From the NCBI GenBank assembly GCA_013288205.1, contig JABDCH010000002.1:1213-65212 (forward strand): a stretch of 64,000 nucleotides of DNA, written 5' to 3'. The DNA is from Bacteroidota bacterium (GTDB lineage Bacteria; Bacteroidota; Bacteroidia; JABEUT01). Within the stretch, counting starts at the first letter, position 1. Every line of letters starts with the position of its first letter. Below the pieces are notes generated by a model. The model saw only the letters and a list, made by a program, of their open reading frames with translations, was not told the DNA's origin and made no database searches. This document shows positions 52,701-61,787 of this stretch, piece by piece. The translations under genes and the position numbers were made by a program.

Positions 52701-52830
52701 TGGTTCGGAAGCACAAAAGCCACTTGCCATTGTTATGATTGGAGGGTTAGTTTCGGCAACCATACTGGTTCTGCTTATACTGCCTATTATTTATTACGTA
52801 GTATACCACCCTCGCCAACGTCTGGATTAA
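49732..52830 (+). CDS. czcA: Heavy-metal-efflux type RND permease (CusA/CzcA family), copy 2
   Basis: I prefer the start at MNKFVKS (49732), which is colinear with copy 1. I counted 11 substitutions in the first 120 aligned residues. It keeps 'GAVDFGIIIDGAVVLVEG'. It has no adaptor or OMF gene of its own. Confidence 0.9.
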   Translation: MNKFVKSIVAFSLKNKIFILFATLVIGILGAIAYNQTPIEAYPDITNTQIIIITQWQGRGAEEVERQITIPIELAMNSVQEKTSIHSTTMFGLSQITIIFNDGVDDYHARAQVMDLLNNVQLPTGVQPGVEPPYGPTDEIYRFTVQSKHKNPLELKTIENWVIERNLHSVEGVADVNSYGGPTKDYEIDVNPNLLRKYGITALDVYNAVSNSNINAGGDVIDQGEESFVVRGIGLLNNIDEIKNVIIKNMNGVPLLVKNVADVKVNFMPRLGRVGMDTANDVVEGVVVMRKGRNPQQVLKAVRAKINELNTSILPSDVKIVPFYDRNTLITYCTKTVLHNLIEGIVLVIALVFLFMADWRATLIVAIIVPLSLLFAFICMLIKGMPVNLLSLGAVDFGIIIDGAVVLVEGCFVVFDRKYKELGKEKFNKRAKMGWIKNTTMDMGKAILFAKLIIITALIPIFSFENVEGKIFSPLAYTLGFALLGALIFTLTLVPVLIHLLMNKNVYEKHNPIVIGLEKGYMKLFHYTFRHKRMSLLCAFLLLGGSLYIATFLGSEFLPHLDEGALWVKAQTPLGIALPNSSALADSMRKELSSFPEVKTVVSQTGRPDDGSDPEAFSDIQCDVILYPKEEWKQDISKDSLIDEMNDLLARKHEGVVFNFSQPIRDNVEQAVSGMNAALGCQISGADFAVLNEKAAQIYDTLTKIKGIEDLGVLKNLGQPELDIDLEQDKMGLYGVSTANANAVVQMAIGGQAATQVFEGERLFDLRVRYAPQFRQTQEGLGNLMVPTINGGEVPLKLISTITQKTGVSSIYRTNNQRVIAVKFSVRDRDMGSAIAEAQRRTENVKVPKGYKIEWIGEFQSQVRAVNRLKQVVPISLLLIFIILFATFGNLRDSTIILLNVPFALIGGIFALLITNTNFSISAGIGFIALFGVCIQNGVILIVQFKRNTEHKQNLTESIINGVRERVRPVVMTALIDMVGLFPAAISTGIGSEAQKPLAIVMIGGLVSATILVLLILPIIYYVVYHPRQRLD

Positions 52831-52870
52831 GAAAGGGCATTTACTTTTCAACGGAGAGTGCTTCTTTTCT

Positions 52871-52878
52871 TACTTTTG
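52871..52878 (+). promoter_or_regulatory. -7 box TACTTTTG for lysC-lysA
   Basis: TAnnTTTG match 21 nt upstream of ATG 52900. It lies inside the longer 52858 ORF, which supports the internal start. Confidence 0.45.
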
Positions 52879-52899
52879 CAGCCCCAAAGCGCTAAACTA

Positions 52900-54219
52900 A
52901 TGCAGATATTAAAATTTGGAGGCACATCTGTTGGCTCCGCAGAGAGAATAAAATCTGTGGCCAAACTGGTTAATTATTCCAACAGGAAGATGGTCGTATT
53001 ATCTGCTATGTCCGGTACTACCGACCAGCTGGTTAAAATTACAAACGCACTCTTCCAGCAAAAACCCAAAGAGGCATCCCACATTATTAATGAGCTTGAA
53101 CCAAAGTATAGAGACACGGTTGATAAACTTTTTACCACAGATGCGTTTAAAAAGAACGGAAGCGAGGTAATTACTGAACATTTTAATTTGTTGAGGTCCT
53201 TCACCATAGATATGTTCACCCACAATGAGGAGAAAACAATCTTGGCAGAAGGTGAATTGCTTTCCACGACCTTGTTTCATTATTACCTGGAAGAGCAAAA
53301 GATTGCATCAGTATTGCTACCGGCACTTAATTTCATGAGAATTGATGAGAATGGAGAACCCGATATGGAATATATCGAAACGCATCTTAAGGAAGAATTA
53401 GCAAAGCACCCCAAGTCAGGATTATTTATAACACAAGGATATATTTGCCGCAATGCATTCGGGCAAGTAGATAACCTGAAAAGAGGCGGTAGCGACTATA
53501 CAGCTTCGCTTATCGGCGCTGCCATAAAAGCAGATGAAATTCAAATATGGACAGATATTGACGGCATGCATAATAACGACCCCCGCTATGTGCCTAATAC
53601 ATTTCCCATTGCCGAACTTTCATTCGATGAGGCGGCCGAATTAGCGTATTTTGGCGCGAAAATATTACATCCTTATTGTATACGTCCCGCTAAAAAAAGG
53701 AATGTCCCGGTGCGGCTTCTCAATACAATGAAACCTCAGGCGAGAGGTACCCTCATAAGCCGTAACGCATCCGGTGACGATATTAAAGCAGTTGCTGCCA
53801 AAGACAACATCACGGTTATTAAAATGCAATCGACCCGTATGCTGATGGCGTATGGCTTTTTGCGCAGCGTGTTTGAGGTGTTTGAAAGTTATAAAACGCC
53901 GATTGATATGATAACTACTTCGGAGGTGGCTGTTTCTCTCACGATTGATGACACAATGCATTTAGATGAGATTACTATAGAGTTGAAAAAATACGGAACG
54001 GTAGAAGTAGAAAAAGATCAAACTATTATTTGTGTGGTAGGTGATTTTCTGGCGGACAAGCATGGGTATGCCGGTAAAATATTTGATGCGCTGAAAGACA
54101 TTCCCATCCGGATGATTTCGTATGGGGGAAGCAAAAATAATGTTTCCGTGCTGGTAAAAGCCGAACATAAGAAAGACGCCCTGCTGGCATTGAATAAAGG
54201 ATTATTTAATATAAATTGA
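52900..54219 (+). CDS. lysC: Aspartate kinase (monofunctional, with C-terminal ACT domains)
   Basis: 'ILKFGGTSVGS', 'VVLSAMSGTTD', 'RGGSDYTA' and 'IWTDIDGM...DPR' are aspartokinase blocks. Confidence 0.9.
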   Translation: MQILKFGGTSVGSAERIKSVAKLVNYSNRKMVVLSAMSGTTDQLVKITNALFQQKPKEASHIINELEPKYRDTVDKLFTTDAFKKNGSEVITEHFNLLRSFTIDMFTHNEEKTILAEGELLSTTLFHYYLEEQKIASVLLPALNFMRIDENGEPDMEYIETHLKEELAKHPKSGLFITQGYICRNAFGQVDNLKRGGSDYTASLIGAAIKADEIQIWTDIDGMHNNDPRYVPNTFPIAELSFDEAAELAYFGAKILHPYCIRPAKKRNVPVRLLNTMKPQARGTLISRNASGDDIKAVAAKDNITVIKMQSTRMLMAYGFLRSVFEVFESYKTPIDMITTSEVAVSLTIDDTMHLDEITIELKKYGTVEVEKDQTIICVVGDFLADKHGYAGKIFDALKDIPIRMISYGGSKNNVSVLVKAEHKKDALLALNKGLFNIN

Positions 54220-55385
54220 AAGATATGTTTAGTGCAGCCTTATTGAAAAAATTCCAGCATATTCCTACACCTTTTTATTTCTACGATACCAAGCTATTAG
54301 GAGAAACATTAAAAGCGGCCATAAAAAGTGCAGAAAAGCATAATATTGAATTGCATTATGCACTGAAAGCAAATTCGAATAAGGATATACTTAAACTAAT
54401 TAAGACTGCCGGTTTCGGCGCTGACTGTGTTAGCGGCAACGAAGTAAAACAGGCTATTGATTGTGGGTTTAAGGTCAATAATGTTGTGTATGCCGGTGTA
54501 GGTAAGTCAGATACGGAAATCAGGTTTGCAATAAAAAAGAACATTTTCTGTTTTAATTGTGAATCGATTGAAGAAATAAGAGTGATGAATGCGATAGCTA
54601 AAAGTGAAAATAAAACAGCCCGCATAGCCTTCCGTATAAATCCGAATGTGAATGCAAATACACATCATTACATTACTACCGGGTTAGAAGAAAATAAGTT
54701 TGGCATCAATGTTTGGGAGTTGGACGATGCGCTTGGGGTAATTCGCAAAAGCAAGAATATAAAACTCATTGGAATACATTTCCACATAGGCTCACAGATA
54801 AACGATTTGACCGTATTTAAAAATTTATGCCTGAAGGTAAATGAACTGTTGGAATGGTTCTCGAACCGGAACATTTTTATTGAAAATATAAACCTGGGCG
54901 GCGGTTTGGGTGTGGACTATTATCACCCTGACGTGAAACCTGTACCTGATTTTGAAAATTATTTTAGCCTCTTTAGAAAGTTTTTAAAGATAGAGCCAAC
55001 GCAACAAATACACCTTGAACCCGGCCGGGCCATTGTGGCACAATGCGGTTCTCTTATTTCGAGAGTTCTTTTTGTAAAGAAAGGAGTTCAAACCAATTTT
55101 GCCATACTGGATGCAGGTATGACGGAATTATTGCGCCCGGCATTGTATCAATCCTATCACACCATAGAGAATGTTACAGGTGCCAAAAGAAAAGAAGTAA
55201 ATAAATACGATGTTACAGGCCCGATATGCGAATCGTCCGATTGTTTCAGGAAAGCCGTTGAACTACCCGAAACAAAGCGCGGCGATATTATAGCTATTCG
55301 TACAGCCGGTGCTTATGCAGAAAGTATGTCGCTCACCTATAATTTGAGGAGTAAGGCAAAAGCCTATCTTGCAACCGATTTATAA
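54216..55385 (+). CDS. lysA: Diaminopimelate decarboxylase
   Basis: 'TPFYFYD', 'YALKANSN', 'GADCVSGNE', 'HFHIGSQ', 'GGGLGV', 'EPGR' and 'GPICESSD' are fold-III PLP decarboxylase blocks. The start is either TTG 54216 (4-nt overlap with lysC) or ATG 54225. Confidence 0.9.
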   Translation: MKDMFSAALLKKFQHIPTPFYFYDTKLLGETLKAAIKSAEKHNIELHYALKANSNKDILKLIKTAGFGADCVSGNEVKQAIDCGFKVNNVVYAGVGKSDTEIRFAIKKNIFCFNCESIEEIRVMNAIAKSENKTARIAFRINPNVNANTHHYITTGLEENKFGINVWELDDALGVIRKSKNIKLIGIHFHIGSQINDLTVFKNLCLKVNELLEWFSNRNIFIENINLGGGLGVDYYHPDVKPVPDFENYFSLFRKFLKIEPTQQIHLEPGRAIVAQCGSLISRVLFVKKGVQTNFAILDAGMTELLRPALYQSYHTIENVTGAKRKEVNKYDVTGPICESSDCFRKAVELPETKRGDIIAIRTAGAYAESMSLTYNLRSKAKAYLATDL

Positions 55386-55395
55386 TTTTTTTTCA

Positions 55396-56202
55396 ATGCT
55401 GAAGCACTTAAAAATAGTTATCCGGAAAATAGGCGTGATGGGAGTGTTTATGTTCATTACTGCTTCTGTTTTTTCGCAGGATGCCTATATGACTATGGCC
55501 GACACAATGAAAACTACCTTTTTTCCAAACTTTGTAGGCATAAAGCTTTTTGCAACTGATATTTCGGCAACCAGTGTAAACCAGGATTTGCAGTTTCAAT
55601 ATACTTCTGATAACATAGGATATAAATATAAATTCCAGCATGATATGAATGTAAAAAACCTGAATGGTTTTTATAATCTCGGGCTGGGGATGGAAGAAAA
55701 CCTGGGGAAACATTTATCTCTTAATTTTTTCAATACATCCATTGGCTACATGCAAAACATGTGGGATTGGAGCATAGGCACCGGGGTTGGTTATTTTGTA
55801 TCGTTGAATAAACAAAAAACTATGCGGCTGAATGCTTCAGTAAACGTTTACTTTGAAAGTATCACTTATAGTTTTGGCTCTTATTACGATACTACCCAAC
55901 TTGGTTTTTTGGTGGATGGAACAAATATCGGCTCTGCCGTAAAAGGAGTGCATTATGTAAATGATATATGGTCATTAACTCCCGGACTGGAGTTTGTTTA
56001 CAGGCGCTCAGGCCTTGACTTTTTTGCAGGAGTTTATTACAATTATGTTTTCACCTATAGCGAAAAAGTGAATTTTTACGAAGCAAGGGTACCAATATCT
56101 GAAGTGATTTATTATCCTAACTCAACCCCCGTATCTAAAGGCATAACCAATTTGGGTAAATACGTCATCCAGATTGGAATAATGAAAGAGTTTGGCATTT
56201 AG
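55396..56202 (+). CDS. Hypothetical secreted / outer-membrane-like protein
   Basis: I prefer the start at MLKHLKIV (signal peptide ending 'SVFSQD'). Beta-strand-rich. I recognise no family. Confidence 0.4.
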   Translation: MLKHLKIVIRKIGVMGVFMFITASVFSQDAYMTMADTMKTTFFPNFVGIKLFATDISATSVNQDLQFQYTSDNIGYKYKFQHDMNVKNLNGFYNLGLGMEENLGKHLSLNFFNTSIGYMQNMWDWSIGTGVGYFVSLNKQKTMRLNASVNVYFESITYSFGSYYDTTQLGFLVDGTNIGSAVKGVHYVNDIWSLTPGLEFVYRRSGLDFFAGVYYNYVFTYSEKVNFYEARVPISEVIYYPNSTPVSKGITNLGKYVIQIGIMKEFGI

Positions 56203-57206
56203 AAGTTATATGCCAGCCCTACACCCGATACGTCTTTAAATTGTGTACGCGGCCCTTTTCCGATGACCATGTTGTCGCTGTTGTAAAGAGGTATCATTAC
56301 GTTTTGGTCGTAAATTAATTCGGTATTAATAGTAACTGATATGAATTTATTTACTTTCATTTGGATGAGCGTGTTCCAGTCTACTACTATATCCTGAGGG
56401 TCTTTCAGATAATTGGAGAAAAGTGAAAGGTCGGTAGTGAGATTAATTCCCTTGCAAATAGTTGCCGAATAATCTCCCTTAAAATAAGCTCCAGCTTGCA
56501 CAAGCAATTCCTTTCCTGGGGTGACTAAATTTCCGTTAGCATCATAAACTGCAGGTGTAACGCCAAAATCGCCCGCATTAGCCAATGCCTGATCTTCCAC
56601 AAAAGTGTACTTCAGCGTGGCGGGAGAAATAAATATAGTTAGAGCCTTATTTGGTTGATAAGTGAGACCCGCTGCTATAGTTAAATAGCCGGGGGCCATG
56701 AATTTGGAAATCAAACCTGTATCAAGGGGAGATGAGTATCCCGGAGCAAATTGCGATTTAAAATCTACCAATAATCCACCCATGGTATGGTCGAATAAAT
56801 TATACCCCAGGTTAGAGGTAAGTTCTATCTTATCGGTCGATTTTTGTAGTGGGTTATTATTTAACTTCTGAAATCCATATTCCAGGTCAATACTGTTTAG
56901 CCAACTTATTTTATCTCTTTGATAATTGGCATGAGCACATAGTATGGCAACCAATCCAATGGAATTTTGCCCGCCTGCACCCCAGTTTGTAAGACTTACT
57001 TGCGAAAAGGCAATATTAATGATCCCTCCGATATGCCAAAAAGTATCCTTTTTTACAATCTCCCTTACAATGGTATCTCTTTTCAGAGTATCCTTTTTGT
57101 CAATAGTTATCTTGATATCTACCTTTTTAACAGTATCTGATTGAGCAGATAGGGTAAATGTAAAGCCAATAGCCACAATCAGGGGGAGAATTTTAGTAAA
57201 CTTCAT
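56199..57206 (-). CDS. DUF3078 domain-containing outer-membrane protein
   Basis: 335 aa with a signal peptide. 'W..GG...I.FSQVSLTNWGAGGQNS' is the DUF3078 signature as I recall it. C-terminal 'GLAYNF'. Confidence 0.6.
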   Translation of the reverse strand: MKFTKILPLIVAIGFTFTLSAQSDTVKKVDIKITIDKKDTLKRDTIVREIVKKDTFWHIGGIINIAFSQVSLTNWGAGGQNSIGLVAILCAHANYQRDKISWLNSIDLEYGFQKLNNNPLQKSTDKIELTSNLGYNLFDHTMGGLLVDFKSQFAPGYSSPLDTGLISKFMAPGYLTIAAGLTYQPNKALTIFISPATLKYTFVEDQALANAGDFGVTPAVYDANGNLVTPGKELLVQAGAYFKGDYSATICKGINLTTDLSLFSNYLKDPQDIVVDWNTLIQMKVNKFISVTINTELIYDQNVMIPLYNSDNMVIGKGPRTQFKDVSGVGLAYNF

Positions 57207-57236
57207 AGTTCAGAGGGTTTTGAGGTTGGTAATTGG

Positions 57237-57244
57237 TATTTTTG
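57237..57244 (+). promoter_or_regulatory. -7 box TATTTTTG for the M23 peptidase gene
   Basis: TAnnTTTG match 32 nt upstream of ATG 57277. It lies inside the longer 57220 ORF. Confidence 0.4.
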
Positions 57245-57276
57245 TGCAAAAGTACGAAACTCAAAAATACAACCGG

Positions 57277-59031
57277 ATGATTTTGGGCATCTTTAAGATA
57301 TTCAATAAGGTAGTAAAAAAAGCTGGTCTTATTTTGCCGGTTTTGCTTCTTTCGTCTCTTCTTCGGGCGCAAGATACCTTACCCAAAAATTATTTCATCA
57401 ATCCATTGGATATTCCTATTTCGCTGGCAGGTACGTTTGGTGAAATACGTTCCGACCATTACCATACAGGTATTGATATCCGCACTGATGGGAAAGAAGG
57501 TTTGCCAGTTCATGCTGCTGCAAAAGGATATGTGTCACGCATAGTAGTATCGCCTTATGGATATGGCAATGCGCTGTATCTTACACACCCTAATGGATAT
57601 GTTTCATTATACGGACACTTGAGTCATTTTAACAGGGCTATCACAAGCTATGTTAAAAACAAACAATATTCTGAGGAAAAATACCGGCAAGATATTCCAG
57701 TCTTCCCGGGTCAGTTTGCAGTTAATAAGGGCGACACAATCGCTTTCAGTGGCAGTACCGGTGCATCGGAAGGCCCGCACTTGCATTTTGAAATACGAAA
57801 TGCTAAAAATGACGACCCCATTAATCCCCTGCTTGCAGGATATGTTGTCGAAGATACGCTGGCGCCCATTATAAAAGGCATTGCACTATACCCACTGAAT
57901 GATTCGAGTACAATAAATGGGATACACCAGCCTTTTTATTGCAAAGTAAAAAAAGTACATAAACAGTATAAACTTGATTCAGATGAACCCATTCGGGCAT
58001 ACGGAAGTATTGGAGCCGGAATAAGTTGCTATGATGTTGCAGAGGGTAGCGATAACCGCAATGGCCCCTATATAAAATTACTGAAGGATAATGGCGATAC
58101 CATTTATTATTCGCGTATGAATATACTCAGCTTTCTTACTATGCGTTTTATCAATGGACACATTGACTATGCGGCTATGCACGACCAGATAGATACAATA
58201 GAATATAGCTTTTTACAAGACAATGATAAATTAAATATCTATAAAAAGTTGGTAAATAAAGGTCGTATCGATTGCAAAACAAACATGATTCAAACGCTGG
58301 AATATATGATAAGTGATTACAACGGAAATACTTCAAGGGTGGCGTTTAATATTATAGGAGATAAACAGCCACTTTCCATTTATAACGATACTGCTAAGTA
58401 TGCTGCTATAGCTAATTGGAGAACAAATTTTGATTATTCGGGAAAGGGAATGAAAATAGAAATCCCGGCAGGAGATTTGTTTAATAATATGAAGTTTTAT
58501 TATTCGGAAGACAGTTCAAAAGGCAACATGGAAGTCTCTCCGATTTATAACATCCAAAACGAAAATATTCCACTTTCTGCTAACTATACACTTATGCTAA
58601 AACCCAATCCGGGCTTACCTGACTCCTTATTGAAAAAAGCTGTGGTAGTGCGGCTGGAGGGTAACGGGAAAAACAGCATAGGTGGTAAATGGGAAGATGG
58701 ATACATGGTCGTACACCCTAAAAATTTTGGCCGCTATGTAATTATGCTCGATTTATATCGCCCTGTAATAAAGCCTGTAAATATTTACAAGGGTAAGAAT
58801 ATGGGCCACGACGATAAAGTTGCATTTGAAATCACCGATAACCTTTCGGGTATTGGTTCGTATAGATGTACCGTCGACGGAAAATGGGTGCTAATGGAAT
58901 TCAATCCAAAAAATAATCAGATATATTATACCTTTGATGAACATGTTGCTAAGGGAACCCATCACCTCCAATTGGTGGTAAGCGATGAGGTAGGTAACAC
59001 GAGTGTATATAAAACCGATTTTGTAAGATAA
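57277..59031 (+). CDS. M23-family metallopeptidase with large C-terminal extension
   Basis: 'HYHTGIDI', 'GNALYLTHPNGY.SLYGHL' and 'GPHLHFEIR' are the LytM/M23 zinc ligands. About 380 aa of uncharacterised C-terminal domains follow. Confidence 0.85.
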   Translation: MILGIFKIFNKVVKKAGLILPVLLLSSLLRAQDTLPKNYFINPLDIPISLAGTFGEIRSDHYHTGIDIRTDGKEGLPVHAAAKGYVSRIVVSPYGYGNALYLTHPNGYVSLYGHLSHFNRAITSYVKNKQYSEEKYRQDIPVFPGQFAVNKGDTIAFSGSTGASEGPHLHFEIRNAKNDDPINPLLAGYVVEDTLAPIIKGIALYPLNDSSTINGIHQPFYCKVKKVHKQYKLDSDEPIRAYGSIGAGISCYDVAEGSDNRNGPYIKLLKDNGDTIYYSRMNILSFLTMRFINGHIDYAAMHDQIDTIEYSFLQDNDKLNIYKKLVNKGRIDCKTNMIQTLEYMISDYNGNTSRVAFNIIGDKQPLSIYNDTAKYAAIANWRTNFDYSGKGMKIEIPAGDLFNNMKFYYSEDSSKGNMEVSPIYNIQNENIPLSANYTLMLKPNPGLPDSLLKKAVVVRLEGNGKNSIGGKWEDGYMVVHPKNFGRYVIMLDLYRPVIKPVNIYKGKNMGHDDKVAFEITDNLSGIGSYRCTVDGKWVLMEFNPKNNQIYYTFDEHVAKGTHHLQLVVSDEVGNTSVYKTDFVR

Positions 59032-59056
59032 GTAAATGATTCCCTCGCATAAAAGG

Positions 59057-59064
59057 TATATTTG
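59057..59064 (+). promoter_or_regulatory. -7 box TATATTTG for the DUF2268-like gene
   Basis: TAnnTTTG match 24 nt upstream of ATG 59089. Confidence 0.4.
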
Positions 59065-59088
59065 TAAAAGTAATATTCTATATAGATA

Positions 59089-60054
59089 ATGTGTATGAGA
59101 TATATTTTAGCTTTTGTTGTTGGTTCTTTTTTATGCGCCTGCAATCATCCGACCAAGCAAACCGCAAATAAGGATAAAAATGCAATTCAGCCCACCATAT
59201 ACGCAACTCCTGCAGGAGATAAAATTGTGTTTTTGGAAGACTATTACAAGGCCTATTATAAAGCCATGAAAGCGAACTATGCTAATCGGGATGAAATTTA
59301 TGAAGAGCAGGTGCACGAACCTATTTTCAATAACTACTTTACCAAAAGCGAATATTCGCAATTGGTTGGAAGCAAGTTGGGCACCCCAATAAAGGACACT
59401 ACCCTGTTAGAGAAATATATTTCTGCGGTAATATATAATCGTTTGGAAATGGAGAAAATAATCACGTCTGCCTTGGCTGATTGTAGAAAATATTTGGAGA
59501 ATGATAGCATCACCATTTATATTTTACCTTCTAACCAAGATGTGTATATGGTGACTGATGGGATGGGAGGAGTTTCAGGATTAACGGCAGGAAGCAAACA
59601 GATAATACTGACTATTAATCCTGCTATAGATAAATGGAAAGAGATGCTTTCATATAACATAGCGCATGAGTTTAATCACACCTATTGGACAAAAATGGAT
59701 ATTAATAAAACCCCATGGAATATGCTTACATACCTTGTTTTTGAGGGTAGGGCAGATTCGTATGCCCATTTAATTTATCCCAATACAGTATGTCCGTGGA
59801 CAAAAACATTACCTGCAGATGAGGAAGAAGCGTTATGGAAGAGGATAAAAAGCCAGTTAGATAATACCAGTATTGCTTTTCAATATAGCGTAATGTTTGG
59901 TGTGCGAAATGAGTTTCCTTATTGGGGTGGCTATACGCTCGGCTACCATATTGTTCAATCGGCATTAAAAAATCATCCCGGTTTAACTCCTGAAGAATGG
60001 ACAAACCTTTCTCCCGAGAAAATGTTGGCGATGAGCGATTATATAAGTAAGTAA
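59089..60054 (+). CDS. DUF2268-like putative Zn-dependent protease lipoprotein
   Basis: 321 aa. Lipobox 'FLCAC'. HExxH motif 'IAHEFNHTYW' followed by 'FEGRADSYA'. Confidence 0.5.
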   Translation: MCMRYILAFVVGSFLCACNHPTKQTANKDKNAIQPTIYATPAGDKIVFLEDYYKAYYKAMKANYANRDEIYEEQVHEPIFNNYFTKSEYSQLVGSKLGTPIKDTTLLEKYISAVIYNRLEMEKIITSALADCRKYLENDSITIYILPSNQDVYMVTDGMGGVSGLTAGSKQIILTINPAIDKWKEMLSYNIAHEFNHTYWTKMDINKTPWNMLTYLVFEGRADSYAHLIYPNTVCPWTKTLPADEEEALWKRIKSQLDNTSIAFQYSVMFGVRNEFPYWGGYTLGYHIVQSALKNHPGLTPEEWTNLSPEKMLAMSDYISK

Positions 60055-60059
60055 CTCCT

Positions 60060-61784
60060 TTAAAATTTCGCCACGATAGGCATTCTCCTTCCGGTGCCAA
60101 ATGATTTTGGGGATACTCTGAGAATAGGGCAAAACTGCTGGCGCTTGAACTCGGCTTTGTTTACCATATTCACAACCTTTATTACAAGTTCCTTAGTAGC
60201 ACCTTTCACTTTTATTTCGGCAGCCGATTTATGTTGTTCAATATATTGAACCAGTATCTTGTCAAGAATATCATATTCCGGCAAGCTGTCTGAATCTTTT
60301 TGATGATGCCTTAGTTCAGCCGTAGGAGCTTTTTTTAAAATGTTTTTGGGAATAAGACCGGGATGAAGTTCATTCACATATTCTGCTATGCGGTAAACTT
60401 GTGTTTTGTATAAATCGCCTGAAACTGATAAGGCTCCACCCATATCTCCATATAACGTCCCATAGCCGGTAGCTAATTCACTTTTGTTGGATGTATTCAG
60501 CATAAGGGCGCCTGTTTTATTGGAAACAGCCATGATAAATAATCCTCGCATACGGGCCTGTATGTTTTCCTCGGTAATATCAGGCTTTAGGCCTTTGAAT
60601 GCTTTTGATAAAGATTCATTCACCGCCTCAACTCCCGGCTCAATAGATAGGATTTCATAAGGGCTTTCTGTGTTTTTGAGTATCTGCATAGCATCATTCA
60701 TGGTTTCATCCGAACTGAATTGCGATGGAAGTACTACCGAAGTCACATTTTCTTTTCCCAATGCCTCTACAGCTAATGCCAGCACCAAAGCCGAGTCCAT
60801 TCCACCGCTTAATCCCAGCACAGCTTTTTGTAGGTTGTTTTTATGGAAATAATCACGTATTCCGAGAATGAGCGCCTGGTATACGGAGTTTGTAATTCGA
60901 TTATCGTCTGTGTCGCTAGAGCAATACCAAACAGAATTTCCTTTTTTCAGTTTTAGTGATTTTTGAGATTCTTTAGGTGTATTAGAAATGAGTCTTTGCG
61001 CAGCAATAATTTTCTTCCCTTTAACCTGTATAATGGCCATATCTTCTTTAAAGGAAGCTAATTCGCTGACAGGGGTTCCATCCTTATCTACCACAAAAGA
61101 ACTTCCGTCAAACGTGAGGTCGGTATTGGTGCCTATATTGTTTACATAAAATAAAGGGGCTTTATATTCTTTTGCCACGGAACAGGCTACCTTACGCCGT
61201 TCTTCCCAATGGATATATGAGAATGGAGATGCTGAAATATTAATAATATAATCTGCTTTTCCCGCCTTCATTTCTTTCAACGGGAAACGTCGGTGGGTAT
61301 ACCGGTTATCGCTATCAGGGCATTGGTTCCAGATGTCCTCGCAAATTGTTATAGCCAGTTTATTTCCTTTAAAAGAAATGAGTTTATTATCCCTGCCAGG
61401 TTCAAAATAACGGTACTCATCAAACACATCGTAAAAGGGCAATAACGATTTATGAATAATGGTTTTTATTTTGCCATCAGCAAGGAAAAATGCGGAGTTA
61501 AAAATAGGTCTGCCATTGGCGGCCGGATTATGCGATGGGCCACCGACAATGGCTGTTATTCCTTTACATTCGCGGGCAATAGAGGCTGCTGCATCCTCAC
61601 ATTTTTTTACAAACCCGTTTTGCAGTAAAAGGTCTTTAGGCGGATACCCGCAAATAGCCAATTCGGCAAAAATGGCCAAATCAGCGCCTTTCGATTTTGC
61701 TTCTTTTATCCCATGTTTTATTTTGGTAACATTTTCTTCAATGTTGCCTACATGGTAATTAAGTTGAACAAGGGCTATTTTCAT
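60060..61784 (-). CDS. nadE: Glutamine-dependent NAD+ synthetase
   Basis: 574 aa. The N-terminal nitrilase/CN-hydrolase domain has 'FAELAICGYPP' and 'AITICEDIW'. The C-terminal synthetase domain has the 'LGLSGGMDSA' P-loop. Confidence 0.9.
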   Translation of the reverse strand: MKIALVQLNYHVGNIEENVTKIKHGIKEAKSKGADLAIFAELAICGYPPKDLLLQNGFVKKCEDAAASIARECKGITAIVGGPSHNPAANGRPIFNSAFFLADGKIKTIIHKSLLPFYDVFDEYRYFEPGRDNKLISFKGNKLAITICEDIWNQCPDSDNRYTHRRFPLKEMKAGKADYIINISASPFSYIHWEERRKVACSVAKEYKAPLFYVNNIGTNTDLTFDGSSFVVDKDGTPVSELASFKEDMAIIQVKGKKIIAAQRLISNTPKESQKSLKLKKGNSVWYCSSDTDDNRITNSVYQALILGIRDYFHKNNLQKAVLGLSGGMDSALVLALAVEALGKENVTSVVLPSQFSSDETMNDAMQILKNTESPYEILSIEPGVEAVNESLSKAFKGLKPDITEENIQARMRGLFIMAVSNKTGALMLNTSNKSELATGYGTLYGDMGGALSVSGDLYKTQVYRIAEYVNELHPGLIPKNILKKAPTAELRHHQKDSDSLPEYDILDKILVQYIEQHKSAAEIKVKGATKELVIKVVNMVNKAEFKRQQFCPILRVSPKSFGTGRRMPIVAKF

Positions 61785-61787
61785 TTT

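Noticed and set aside
52831-52899. Lysine riboswitch upstream of lysC-lysA or dapA. Also a THF riboswitch upstream of folP, and a c-di-AMP (ydaO-type) riboswitch upstream of the NlpC/P60 gene or the amino-acid permease.
   Set aside because: The leaders are too short: about 21 nt from the -7 box to the lysC ATG and 19 nt for dapA. folP and the permease follow upstream genes by only 11 nt each. The 150-bp region before NlpC/P60 is accounted for by the gap terminator hairpin. I saw no conserved riboswitch cores, though this was by eye and without a covariance-model scan.
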